From Antedon mediterranea (Eukaryota; Animalia; Echinodermata): DNA of 64,000 nucleotides. A program made the position numbers and the translations under genes. Shown piece by piece: positions 14,235 to 28,100 of this stretch. The notes under the pieces were generated by a model. It saw nothing but the letters and a program-made list of their open reading frames with translations, was not told where the DNA came from and searched no databases. How positions within the stretch are numbered: position 1 is the stretch's first letter; each line of letters opens with the position of its first letter. Location: the NCBI RefSeq assembly GCF_964355755.1, contig NC_092672.1:6324001-6388000 (forward strand), given 5' to 3'.

Positions 14235-14470
14235 TAGTACCGAACCCTTCCTTCAAACACCCCATATTGAAAGGGACAGAGACACTTTCCCATGAAACAT
14301 ACAAAAGGGAAATTATGTTTACACTACAGGCTAGGGCAACCCTTATTTAGGGGACATCCTTATTCAGGGGACATGTCTATTCAGGGGACATAACTATTCA
14401 GGGGACATCCTATTAAGGGGACAGTTGGTTGGGTCTCAACAGTTTCCCCCTTAACAGAGGATCTAGTATA
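14235..14470. mobile_element. Tc1/mariner(pogo)-like MITE with 17-bp subterminal repeats, degraded
   Basis: Five tandem ~17-bp CCTTATTCAGGGGACAT units (14341-14423); degraded ends TACCGAACCC.. / ..GAGGATCTAGTA; shares TTTCCCATGAAAC..ACACTACAG with the 77-bp minisatellite. Confidence 0.55.
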
Positions 14471-14592
14471 TGTATGTTACTGGGAGATGGATCATCTGAA
14501 ATGTGAATGTCTAGCACCAGTGACTTAGAGTATGTAGCAAAATAGAGCTGTAGCCATTGTGAAAAATGTTAAAATGTATGGAATACATTCCC

Positions 14593-14756
14593 TAAGCTCT
14601 GTCTACACTATCAAACTTTATGTGACAACAAAATGTGATGTGACCATATATGGACAGGATGATATATATCACTACCATATTTGGGTATATCACTACCATA
14701 TTTGGACACACCACACTTTTTTGTCAAACTAGTTTGATAGTGTAGACAGAGCTTTA
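14593..14756. mobile_element. MITE family A, full length
   Basis: Near-perfect 24-bp TIR AAGCTCTGTCTACACTATCAAACT / AGTTTGATAGTGTAGACAGAGCTT. Confidence 0.9.
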
Positions 14757-14979
14757 GAAATTAAGTAAACCTATTTTAGTTTCATTCTAATAACACTAAA
14801 TTACAGTATGTTTATACAGTATATTCAATTATGAACGGTTTGAAGTACATTGCAATAGATCCTAATTAGGCCTACTCAAGACATTATTATTATTTGTTTC
14901 CAATATATTTCTACTAAAATGTATCCCAGAAAAAAAAAACAACTTGAAAATACATTCCTTTTTACTTTTGTTGGAATTA

Positions 14980-15742
14980 GGGAACATTTTCCCATGAAAC
15001 AAGAGGTAATGTTTTAACACTACAGACAACTCTTGTTTAGGGGATACCCCTATTAAGAGGACCCTTTTTAATGAAACCAGAGGTAATATATTAACACTAC
15101 AGAAAACTCTTGTGCAGGGGGTACTCCTATTAAGAGGACCTTTTCCATGAAACCACAGGTAATAATATTAACACTACAGATAAATCCTATTTAGGGGACA
15201 CCCTATTAAGGGGACCGTTTTCCATGAAATCAGAGGTAATGTGTTAACACTACAGCCAACTCCTGTTCAGGGGTAACCCTACTAAGAGGACCCTTTTCCA
15301 TGAAACCGTAGGTAATGTGTTAACACTACAGACAACTCCTGTTCAGGGGTAACCCTATTAAGAGGACCCTTTTAAATGAAACCAGACGTAATATATTAAC
15401 ACTACAGACAACTCTTGTTCAGGGGTCACCCCTACTAAGAGGATCCTTTTCCATGAAACCGTAGGTAATATATTAACATTACAGACAACTCTTGTTCAGG
15501 GGATACAGATATTAAGAGGACCCTTTTCCATGAAACCGTAGGTAATATATTAACATTACAGACAACTCTTGTTCAGGGGATACAGATATTAAGAGGACCC
15601 TTTTCCATGAAACCGTAGGTAATATATTAACACTACAGACAACTCTTGTTCAGGGGATACCCCTACAAAGAGGATCCTTTTCCATGAAACCAGAGACAAC
15701 TTTAGAAAAAGAAAGTTAGGACCCTTAAGGGGTTCTATTGTA
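14980..15742. repeat. ~77-bp minisatellite (~9.5 copies) ending in a MITE-like terminus
   Basis: Unit TTTTCCATGAAACCGTAGGTAATATATTAACACTACAGACAACTCTTGTTCAGGGGATACCCCTATTAAGAGGACCC; array ends GGGGTTCTATTGTA. Confidence 0.9.
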
Positions 15743-16277
15743 ATTAGGAAAACAAGAAATACATTCTAAAATGATTTATTACAAATGATTTGTATGGATA
15801 TTTTAACTTAACCATGTTAAATTTGTTTACTCATGTGTATTGATTCATCATATATAAACATTTGAGAATTACAAAGCAACGTTACATGTTACGTGAAACA
15901 CACACTGATACCGTTGGATAAGAACATTCTGGTATTAGAGTAAGAGTGAAAAAAAAATCTCCAAAAACATGATTCGGCTTCTGAACACAATAACAATAAG
16001 CAGAAAGCCCTACCATTAGACCATTCTGTGCTCATCATGTCTGATTGGACACCCATTTCACCTTTAATGTATTATTACGTGCATGCACATAGGAAATGCA
16101 ACACATACATAATCAATTCTACTATTTATACTTACAATACAATACTACTGGTTTTTGAGGTAAAAACTATTCTTTTATAGAGAGAATCACAGGTCAAGGG
16201 TTATGTTCAGGACTAAACTACACCATCAAACCAGTTTGTGTCCAAATATGGTAGTAATATGACATCGTGTCCATATA

Positions 16278-16648
16278 TAGCGTATCACGGTGCGACGTCA
16301 CAACGATACAGGGCGCTGCATGGTTGCTAGCCAACCAAAAAATGCATTCAGCCCTACTATGTTGATAAACAGTAAAGATCTGTATTTCTATCAAATTATG
16401 TATCTTAGCTTAGCTAACTTAAACTGTAGTTGAAGAATAAATAGATTGTTAAAAACAAATATTTAGTGATCTTTTGAAATTTTAGTTTGTTTTTATTAAA
16501 AATGATTAAGTTTTAAAATGACTACTTGAATGAGCCTATTCCAAACCATTGGTGACCTTGTCACTCAGGCAGGCTAAACGCATTTTTGGTTGCGCTAGCA
16601 ACCACGCAGCGCCACTTACCGTCCTAACGTCAGCACCGTGTTACTCTA
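16278..16648. mobile_element. TA-targeting MITE nested inside a degraded family-A MITE (host ~16213-16680)
   Basis: Long imperfect TIRs TAGCGTATCACGGTGCGACGT..GCGCTGCATGGTTGCTAGC..AACCAAAAAATGC / reverse at 16570-16648; host consensus CCATATA|TGGGCAC is split at the insertion. Confidence 0.75.
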
Positions 16649-17701
16649 TAGGCACGCCACATTTGGGAATTAAAACTTTAAATTCAAATGGTAAAGACGA
16701 ATTTTGCAACAATTAATTCTCCTTATGGTTAGAAAGGTATTATAGTATTATTATTACAGTCGGCAAATATAAAAATTAGGACAAATTAGGAAGAATATTA
16801 TTATACCCAGAAATTAAGAATAAAAATTAAAACTTTTAGTTCTTCTGAATCAAAGGTGGATGGAATTAAAATCAATCATTTTGTCTGTAAATTGTAACCT
16901 TTACTAAAATAAAAATCCTCCTTTTTGTATAAAACCCGAAAATAATATAAAAATAAAACCAAACTGGTTGCAACATTTATTCCTAATGTGAGATGTTTAA
17001 ATAGTTAATTTTCCTACTAATGTACGTAAAAACTTTGCAGCAGCAAATATTGTCAACTGTTAATATTAGTTCACCCATGGAGGAAATATATATATATATA
17101 CCACCATATTATTAACAATAAATTTATATTACCGCACTTGGGAAAGCTAATATTTAAAGTTTTGTTAAAGGTATGTATTTAAAGACATGGCAGGTAATAA
17201 AATAAATATGTCTTTTAGCCGATACGGAATTGATTAACATTTACGTTAAAAGTCAATCACTTGAGTTGAGTTGCTCCCTTAATTTATGATCTAAAAAGAT
17301 CAATAACAAACAGCATTATTGTATGATGATGACATTCTTGACAATGCTGTACTGACTTTCCATATCACATCCTTCCCCCCCCCCACCCCCCTCTAATGAT
17401 TGTTAAAGAATTATACTGAATTAGTTTCATGAACAATTACTGTCAACTTATTATGCAAAATTAGTCATCTATTATCCATAAATTAGTGCAGGCTACGTGA
17501 TTTCATTGTCTACTACAGTGTATGCAGTGTTGGTCACAAGAGTGTACTACTATACTGGTTGTAATACAGTTGTACAAATGTTCACCATAGCACTATTTAC
17601 TATCATTAGCTTATCTTACGTACATATGACCACATCGTCTACTAAAGACAAACATATTACTAGACATACTGTATGTTACTAGCCTAGTAATGATATCTAT
17701 C

Positions 17702-17864
17702 TAAAGCAATGTCTGCACTACCAAACTAGATTGACAAAAAAGTGTGTGTACCAAATATGGTAGTGGTATGCCCAAATATGGTAGTGATATGACATCGCCA
17801 TGTCCATATATGGGCACATCACATTTTTTGTCACATAAAGTTTGATAGTGTAGACATGGCTTTA
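17702..17864. mobile_element. MITE family A
   Basis: TA|AAGCAATGTCTGCACTACCAAACT ... AGTTTGATAGTGTAGACATGGCTT|TA. Confidence 0.85.
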
Positions 17865-19170
17865 TACTGTCAGTTCATATAGTAGCAGTAGAGACATTTG
17901 CTTTTAAAACAAATTCATTTTCAATTTGAAAAAAGTACTGACAAATACTCAAACGCTTGCACATGTCCACCTTTCGAGACTCAAAAACTTATAGGACGGG
18001 AACATGTTGGCTAACTTACAGTGACAATTATTTTGCCCAAAATCACCCACCGGTAAATGAGCTTGAAAACCATGATTTTGTATGTACTGTAACTGCTTTT
18101 TTGTCTATTGAACACTAAAAATTTAAAATTTACCCACCATAATTCTCACATACAGTATTATTCAAACACTACCATGATACGAAATGATATCCACTAATAT
18201 GGTTAAAAGCTAATACATACAACATTACTACAGACTTATATTATATATGTACATTCAAAGTATTGGCATTTAAACTGCTTGCTTATACAACACTGGCTAT
18301 GTCTAAACTTCAGGATCGTTGTATTTAACATATAAAGTTGTTCGGCTTAAGTGTAACTAGGGAGTACCTCCACTTATCATTGCTGTGTTTGGCCTTGCAC
18401 AATAATCTGTATTGGTACTGTTGAGTTGAACGGTTAAGACTAGGATACTGCAAACTAAGATATTGGTACATGTTCAAGGCTTAGCAATACTGTAGTGATA
18501 GAACAATTCTTGAATAGGGACTTAATACTAGAGGTCCAGTGTACGTAACTGGCTCGTGCGAACTTAAAAGAACATCTTTTGGAAAGACCAGTAGTTACCT
18601 GATGGTCCATTTCATTTCAGCGCCTCTGTTCGCCTAAAAACTCTACGGTTTTATCACTTTCTGCAGAAACCTTAAGAGTTGCCCTATTTCCCAATGAGAT
18701 GAAAAAGAAATAACTTGTGTTTACGATAAGGATATGTTACAATTATCTTCCAGTTAGTATTCCTTTAACCAAAGAAACTGGCATTGTTCCAAGTTTTGCT
18801 TGCTGATCTACACTAGTCAACAGGTACTTGTGTGCTGTTACCGTTGTTTGGCATAGCACACGTCACTTGACATGAATGCGTGTACCTTCAGAAACATCCC
18901 ATAACCGAAGGTTCAAAACACCAATATCCCAACACAATAACAACAATAATATCCACATAAACGAGTTGGAAACGACTGCGATTATCCACTGCCGTAAACT
19001 GGAAATGACATTCGAGTCGCAAGAACGAACACACTTATTTCTTTTGTGAACTAAATGTGTTACGGTCATCACAGCCTCTTGTATTATACAATTAACAGGG
19101 GTACATTTACATTATTATTACTTGTCCGATATTAAATTAATAAGTAAAGTTTGTGGCTTCGTTGCCTGTG

Positions 19171-22100
19171 TCATACGTCTAACAGAGTCTTCTTTGGTGT
19201 GGTGACATTGAACGGCTCATGCCACATCCTTCGTAAATCACCCTTTAAAAGATAAAAAGAAAACTTAAAGATATATTGTCCCCCAAAAACATGAAAGATG
19301 AAGATTAATTAAATCAGACTTTGAATATTTTATTTTGTAGTTTTAATAAAGTTAATCACTTCCATAGAAAAAAAAAAAAATAAAAATAACGTTTTCACCT
19401 ATAAATTGATTAAATAAATGGTTAAATTCAACCAAAACCCCACTGGCTGGCAGCCAATTTGGCAATTTTTTGCTTTAAATTACTGTTTTTTCAGATAATA
19501 CATTTTTTTCCGATCCAATTTTTGGTCAAAGTTAAAATTAAAATGGCATATTCAACAAAAATGTTGTTAAGAATTATTTTTTCAGGGTGACAATACATCT
19601 TTAAGTTAATAGAATTTCTGTGTAGTTTACATTTTGTTGTCCCTAATTGCTTGACAAACTATGCAAGTTTCAGCTCCTAAACTAAATTGTATTTGAGAGT
19701 CAGCTATAATTGAAGTTGTCAAAACACTTTTGAAAACAAACTTTTTAGTTCGTTGTAATCCAATCTGTTATTTATTTATTGATTTCAATCTCCCTTTTAT
19801 TTCTCAGTGCTTTGGAACAATTGTTAAAAACGCTAATCATAACAAAATTAACATTTAACTTTGTACTGTAAGGAACACTGTTTTGGGTTTTTTTTTTTTT
19901 TTGCTTCGAGTGCCCAGTGTCCCCTCTCAACATTCAAAGTGAATCAACGCCCTTGATTGTATGTTTACCTTAAGATAAGCCATCAGCAGCAATGGTAGAA
20001 GTGTAAATGGAACTAAGTAAAGAAGAGCTGGTTGGGCTGCCTTGTATACTTCAGACGATATTGTTGCAGTCATAAGACCTGTCAGAAAAGAAAGAAAATT
20101 AGCAAAATTAAATTTACACAAATGAAAATTCTGTATATTAGTAAGGTAAGTAAGGTTGATAGTTGGTTCATTCCATTCTATAAACTCTGTATAGAGAACT
20201 CTTTCAATAGATCAGCTTTAGAAAACAATCCAGGCCTCTAGAATTTGAAGGTAAGTCTGTAAGCCACGGTAAAGGCACAAACCAGACAAGTCACCTTTCC
20301 AGAAAATCGTTCTCTCTTACTATTGAATCATTTGCGAGTGAGTGGCCGAGTGGTTAAGGTGCGAGTGAGTGGCCGAGCGGTTAAGACAGTGGAACCGTAA
20401 TTACGTAGCCATAACATCGGCAAGGGTTCGAGGCTCACTCGCTCCATGGTTCTGGTGGTAGAAGGAGTCTTCTCGGATAAGGACTATAAACCGTAGGTCC
20501 AGTGTACACATAGCTCATGCGCACTTTAAAGAACCTAGTACATCTTTCGAGACGAGTAGGGGGTTACCCCGGTGTACTAGTCCACACAAACACAGCCACT
20601 GTCACACACAGCCACAGTGCAAATTGGGACTGGACCGTTTTAGAGGTGTTTACCACCTGTTGGTCCAGATCCTTCACTAACTGAGTTAGTGAGAAGTCAA
20701 ATAAAAAAAAATAAAAAAAAAAAATAAAACATTTTGAGTTGTTATCTGCCACAACACAACAACATTATTATACTATATATAATACTACTACATACATATG
20801 TAACATTGTACTACAGTAACTTATTTTGACTAATTGTCAAAAAAGGTGTTTACATACCAACAAAATATCCGACTAAAGAGCAGTGAAAATAGGTGAGTTT
20901 ATCTGTGAGCGTTGGTGGTAGTGGAATTCCAGTTGAGGTGGTTGCTTCCAGATTTGATTGCCGCTTATATTTATCGTATCGCATTACAAAACATAAAAGA
21001 AGTCCAGGCATGACAATATCACCAAGACCAAGCATTGAGAAATGCCCAGAATTATGCATACTAGAAAAAAAAAATCCATTCAATATTCTAATGTCTACAA
21101 TACAAATATGCCATACTTGCAAATTTTATGCACCATGGATTAATATACAAATAATGAATGTTTTATATTCGTGTAATGGTACAAATAATGGCATGAGGTG
21201 AATGATAAAAGGTTATATTTCAACGAGGCAAATTTGTTTAATATAACATCTACCGGTAAATAGATTCCTGTCATTTGAATCAGATTGAATAAAAGGTTAG
21301 CCTACATTTGTTTCACATTGAAACAGTAACATTTATTAATTTTTTTTATAATATATCAAATATTATATTTATTTGGAAAAAGTGTGTTCAATAGTGCATA
21401 CTATTGCATTGATATGTGACCCATAATCATCCAATCAACAGGTGTTATTTCGGTGTTATATAATATGTTATATTATGTATTATACCTACAAAATTTACAT
21501 ACTGGTGATGTCACTAAAGCTTATTAAAATAGTATAGTAATAGGTAAGTCCCGTATTTATTTCTGATGTTATGAGGTCACTTTACTAAGCCTCTGCATTG
21601 TGTGGTAGGGTAACCAGTTCCTTCCACACCGCCTTACCCTCCCTAGTATTTTCAACCAGGTACTCATTTACAGCTGAGTAGACTGGGAGTTGTCGGCAAT
21701 TCAACCCGGATCTCTCTTTATGACAGTCAAGTGTCCTAACCACTTGGCTACCTAAACTAGTAACAGTAATAGTAACAGTTTTAAAATCTGTATCATCATT
21801 ATGGGCTGAAATAGCATAGCACATTTTGTGTTGAAGTTGTTATTTCGAATCAATCCTTGTTTTACTTAATGATTTCCCTTCTTAATCAATTATTTTTGAC
21901 AGCATCAATACAAGCTGCCTCATATTATTACTCACCTAGGAAATATTAATTTTCCAGGTAATGATAATTGAGGTGCATCTTTTGCCAAGCCAGGAAAATT
22001 TATCCTCTTCGCAATTATTCCAACCTGAAAAAAATATTGATTACGGTTAAACGAAACTGTTTAAGAAGATCAAACCGGTTTTGAAGTACAGTATAAGAAA

Positions 22101-25100
22101 ACATATAAGGTTTTTAGTAAATAAACTTGATAAAACAAGTAAATTAATATGTATTTCTTTGTTATTTTTTTTGTAATGTAACAAAATAAACACTTTGGTT
22201 AATATAGTGTGTTACTTTAGTAGCAATATTATAGATATAATACTTTATACTATACAAGAGTAATCTTTCTTTGGCGACTATTTATTTGGCGTGGACAAGA
22301 ATTAAAGGTATTTTTTTGTAATATAACAAAATAAACACTTGGACAATATAGTGCGTTACTTTAGTAGCAGTATTAAATATAGATATAATACTTATATTAT
22401 ACAAGAGGAATATTTCTTTTGGCGACTATTTATTTGGCGTGGACAAGAGGAATATTTCTTTTGGCGACTATTTATTTGGCGTGGACAAGAGGAATATTTC
22501 TTTTGGCGACTATTTATTTGGCGTGGACAAGAGGAATATTTCTTTTGGCGACTATTTATTTGGCGCGGACAAGAGGAATATTTCTTTTGCCGACTATTTA
22601 TCTGGCGCGGAGAAGAATTACTGGGTTAATGTACCATTAAACCAAATAAAAAAATAAAAAAACTGAAAACCAAATAAACCAATTAAAACTCCCCATTTTA
22701 AGCTGGCTAGTGATGTCCATCAAAATTGTTTTGTTTTCATTTGTGTTATTTATATTCCGGTTGACTGATTATAGCTATATATGCCACTCATACATAATAC
22801 ATACTTTTTAATAGTAAGCATATAAGTTTTTAAAAGATTAATATGAATAACCTAACCATAGGGATATATACAGTAATTCTTGATAAAGAATAGGCCTACT
22901 TTTAAAATTGTAATTTCAATACTGTTTATGATTGTCCTCTTGTTGAATATACCAACTCCCACTCGCACTGTTTGCTCTACGTTCCTTGTAGAACATTTAA
23001 TAGTGTGCCTGTTACTTGTTTGGATATTGAATTATAAGCAGTAATTTCTTTATGATACTTTAAATGTATTTAAATGGTAAAATTGTTAAATCTCTATAAT
23101 GTTCCAATCTTTGTTTATGTTATTGTTGCATATTTGAATTTATTATTGTAGTTTATTATGTTTAGACTCAACCTGTTAGTGGCGGTTTCATCGCTGTTGG
23201 TTGTGAACTGAATAAAATAAATAAATTAAATAAATTAGTAATCTATGACCTACCGGATTATCTGCAGGCCTTGTTGCAACTTTAACCATGACATTAGCAT
23301 TAAATATATACGTGGAGAAAAACACCCAAAATACATCATATATGAGAAGACCACTAAGTAGAAGTGTTGACACCTTCAAACTTGGTAACCTCACAAAAGC
23401 TATCATAGTTACACAAAGGCCCATCGCCAGAGCTAGAAAATAAAAACAAAACAAATAAAATATGTTGTTATTTACTAAGTTGTACTAAACATTATAACAA
23501 GTCTTTCATTCTTCAATTGATTGTTACTTAATATATAATAAACATGTCTCAAAATATTTTGCCTGTCATGGAGATCATAATTTGATATAAAATTTTTATA
23601 AATTTTGCCAAATTTGGGACTGTATGTATACAGTTTTTTTTTTACAACTTTTAAATATTGTCTGTACTTTTCAATTGTTTATGTTTTTAAACTATTTAAA
23701 TTTTAATTTTTATATGAATTAGCCAATAAAAGATGAATTAAATTAATGAAGAAAAAACCTAAAATTTCTGAAAGTAGGTTCATTTGAATTGATAAACACA
23801 TTTCTCTCTGCATGGAAAACAAAATGTTGTTATCCCTTTCCAATTCTAAACAGATGTGACCGGTTACTTTCCTTATAATAAGTTGAGCATCTTGTACTGT
23901 GCATGTCATGTTTAATATTATGTGAATAATAATATTCATATTTTCACTCAGGTCACCATTTTCATAGTCATTAAAAGTGTTATTATCTGAGGAATGTATA
24001 TATCAATGGATTCTCACTTCTGTAAATAATTCCTATGATACAGGAATATAGATACAGTATGATACACATGTGCACTGTATCACAGTATATGCATAGATAT
24101 GGAGACAATTTATACTATTTCCTTAGATACAGTACAAAAGTGTATTATTATTAGTGTAGTGATTAAAAAGGTTTCAAAACAACAGGTTAAAGGCCCATTC
24201 ACACTAGGACGATAACGATCGACGATAATAGACAATAATTTGCATTTTTCATACATAAAATAAAAGAATATAAAACATTTTCATTCTAGAACTATAGAAT
24301 AACCATCTATGCTTCCTTTGATGAAAATTATAGTTAAATCACAGCTCAAAAAGCAAGCAATGGGTTTATTCCTTAACAAAAGTTACACCTGTATACTCTA
24401 CATTTAACTCTAGTTAAATCACAGCTCAAAAAGCAAGTAGACCATGCATCAACTTGGCCAATCAGATACACAAGTTTAAGGTTACGCCCCTTCTTACTCG
24501 AGCAAGGCGCAGACTAAAGGCCCATTTACACTAGGACAATAACGATCGACGATAAATAGACAAATGTGCATTTTTCATACATAAAACAAAAGAAATATAA
24601 AAACTTTTCATTCTAGAACAATAGAATAATCTTTGCTTCCTTTGATGAAAATGATACTTTCACACGTCCAATCAAATGACGTCATGATGAGTAAGAGCAA
24701 TAATAGAGTGACAATACAATGATTTTATTGTTTTTATGTATCATGACGTCATTTGATTGGAATTTTAAAAATATTATTTTTATCAAAGACAGCATAAATG
24801 ATTATCCTACAGTCCTAGAACGAAAACCTTTCTAATTTCTTTTGTTTTATGTTAAAAAAATGCATGCTTATATATTTATCGTCGATCGTTATCGTCCTAG
24901 TCTGAATGGGCCTTAATATTAGGTTATGGTACAGTAAGTGTTTGGTTTATATTTATACTTTTTTCATAAGATGAACAATTTTAATTAGAAAAAAATAATC
25001 ATCTACTGAACAACAATGGCTTTTAGTTGATTAATTAATATAATGTGTATTTAATAAATTTGACAGAGGAAGGAAATTGACAAATCTGTAAGTAATCTAC

Positions 25101-28100
25101 ATTAGAAGGATGAGGAATGTTCTATTTATAGAATAGGGGTAATTTATGCTATTGTACTTTAACCTCCAACACAAGAGCTACAAATTGTTTTTATTCCTTC
25201 AATACAGAATGAAAACTGTTTTGAGATTCAGATCTCCAGTGGCTAAACTTAGGGGCTCCAGAGCTTAAGGAATCCCCAGAGCATAAATACCCTCCATGCA
25301 ACTACCAAGCGATGGAGGCCCCTTAGGAGTGCCTTTTGCCCATGCGTTACGCCACTACAGGTCTCAATATGATGGTGCCTAAAGCTTGGTTCCCACTAGT
25401 GACGCAATACAGCACTTTGTGTAGTAGTATTTAATAAAGTAATAGTGGTTTATATATCATAGGTCCTTAAGATTGGAAAGAAATCTAATTAAAACATAAG
25501 CACATTGCCATATCATGATGGTTAATAATCGTCAAAATAAAAGGAAGTCTTAAATTAGAGGTTTAGGAATTAAAGGAACTACTGTCGGATCTTAAATAAT
25601 CATAATAATCCTAAGCTACAGTACATTACCCCTGTATATTTACTAAAGGAAAGCCTCAATATTATAAAAACAAGTTGAAACAACATTAAAATAGTACATT
25701 GGGTACTACACTATACACCAACAATACCACAATATAAACTCATTAACTTACTTCAGGACTAAAGAAACACTTTATCCTTCATCTCATTCCTAAATAAGCA
25801 TTTATTCTTAATTTGCGATATTTTACACGGTAAAGACAAGACAAGGTAAAGACATCTGAATTAGACTTAAATTTAATTTTTTTTTAAATTTTATACGCAT
25901 CCAACAGCAAGTAACTCGCTAACTCCAGGATGGATAAACTATCTTATAATTTATTGTGCTTATAAACTAAGTCTCATTTGATTGAACCCTGGTACTAGGT
26001 CAGGATTGAACCCTGGACCTTGGGATTGGAAGGAAAGCATGTTAACCACCAAGCTACAGCTCCATTACTGAAAGATCCCTATTTTTTCCAGACTAAAAAT
26101 ATTTTAAAGCCAAAGAACGCCACATAACTGGTAAAAAACGTAATCCAATTAAAGCTAATTGAAGTGCAAGTAAACAGGTTCTATTGTGTGTTTTTTTTTC
26201 AAACTAGGCAATTAAAATTGTATTCTTATTTTACAGGCTTATAGTGTACTTGCACAGGTATGATAAATGTATAATTTTATTACAGTAGATAAATTACACC
26301 GGGGTAACCCCCTACTCGTCTCGAAAGATGTACTAGGTTCTTTAAAGTGCACATGAACTAGATGTGTACACTGGACCTACGGTTTATAGTCCTTATCCGA
26401 GAAGACTCGTTCTACCACCAGAACCATGGAGTGAGTGAGCCTCGAACCCCTGCCGATGTTATGGCTAGGTAATTACGGTTCCACTGTCTTAACCGCTCGG
26501 CCACTTATCACTCATATGTAAATGTATAATTTTATTACAGTAGATAAATTATCACCTACTATTTTTTGCTCATTTTAATCTTGTAAAGTTGGTTTTGATC
26601 TTACAGTATATCTCAGAGTCAATATGAAATGTTCATATGCTTTTAATTCTGGATTATTGGCAAAACCACTTTAAAAAACTAATTTTTTTCTTTCTAATTA
26701 TGTACTGTATAGTGTCATTCATATTTAAATTATACACACAGTACTTTCATCAATTTTTAAATTATACAAGCAGTATTTGAATAACATCTTTAAATTATAC
26801 ATGCTGTACAAAATATGAATCTGTTGCTATGGGATATATATTCTTAGCCATTGTTTGTAGGTTTGTTATATAAGTAATTGAATTAGAACTCAACAGCTAA
26901 TAACGAATGTTATTTTTTATTAATCATCATTCTGTTTTCGCTTCTATGTTCAGACATAACATTGAATTTGATCTAGATACTTTTTAATGCTTATGTTGTT
27001 TATTGTACAGTATCACCTTGTAATAAATTACCATTCCCTAACATATAGAGTAACATAGTATTTACATGAACATTCTAGAATTAGATGTTTTGATTTAAGA
27101 AACCATGTATAATTAATAAGAACAATCAAGAACATTCCAGAAGTGCTATTAATAGAAACTGTAATCAATAGAATAAGAAGAAGTATAAGGAATGATCTAG
27201 AAGGTTATGAACATATTGTATATAAGGGGAAGTATGACAATTGTAAGAGGGAGAAGGATTTTTGATTGAAGCATTTATTTTGAAGAAGGTTGTTGGATTA
27301 GAGGTTGGATTAGAGGTTGGATTAGAGGTTGGATGTTATATTGTAAAGTCATTGTGAAGCTGTTGTTTAAAGTGCTTACTGGATTGTTAAAAGTTGAAGT
27401 TGATTGAAATTAAAGCTTTGTTTTGAGTTATTTTACAACTTTGTGGATTTTGTGTGTATACTTTTATGTCACAAGGGAGTTCCTAAAGTATTTTCAACCG
27501 CTCGGAAACATACGTGAGAGGAGTTCGTGACACACCTTTAACCCAGGATACTCTAAACATATTACAGAATGAACTTACAGTATGAACATTGGTTTTTATG
27601 GATTTAACTTTAGTTAGTATACTAATGATGTTTTTTTCTGAGTATACCGTTATTCAATAGGGATTTTAAACGAAGTGGCCCGGGAGATATCTAGGGTCGT
27701 GTGTCTGTAAAGTTAAGAGATACTGTAGGGGGTAATGTAGAAAACCAATAACCTACTGTACTAATAAACTATTATTCAATACATAAAGCCATGAAGTACA
27801 TCAAGGGGGAAAGTCTCAGTGTGTACAAAGATTTTTTGTAGAACATCAATAACCTACTATCATTATATCAATAACATGTATTTTCCAAGTATACTGTTAA
27901 ATGCAAATAGGGTTTTATTTAGGTATATTTATTCATAAAAAGACATCAAAATACAACGGCAGCCAAAAGGCTGAAAAGTAGTATTTTACAAAATTTGATA
28001 AAAATATATAAATACATTATGTATAAAAGGTAAAACTAGTTTAAAAAAAAAAATAAATAAAATAAAAAAATTTACCACATTAAAATTGGTCCACCTGTAA

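Noticed and set aside
20334-20450. tRNA genes (also 54687-54770 and 21680-21755)
   Set aside because: A/B boxes are present but there is no complete cloverleaf; each continues into a SINE body, and the 20334 and 54687 heads recur elsewhere in the window.
22339-22657. Three overlapping ORFs with repeated peptides
   Set aside because: Artefact of a stop-free 42-bp tandem repeat, antisense within a SPPL3 intron.
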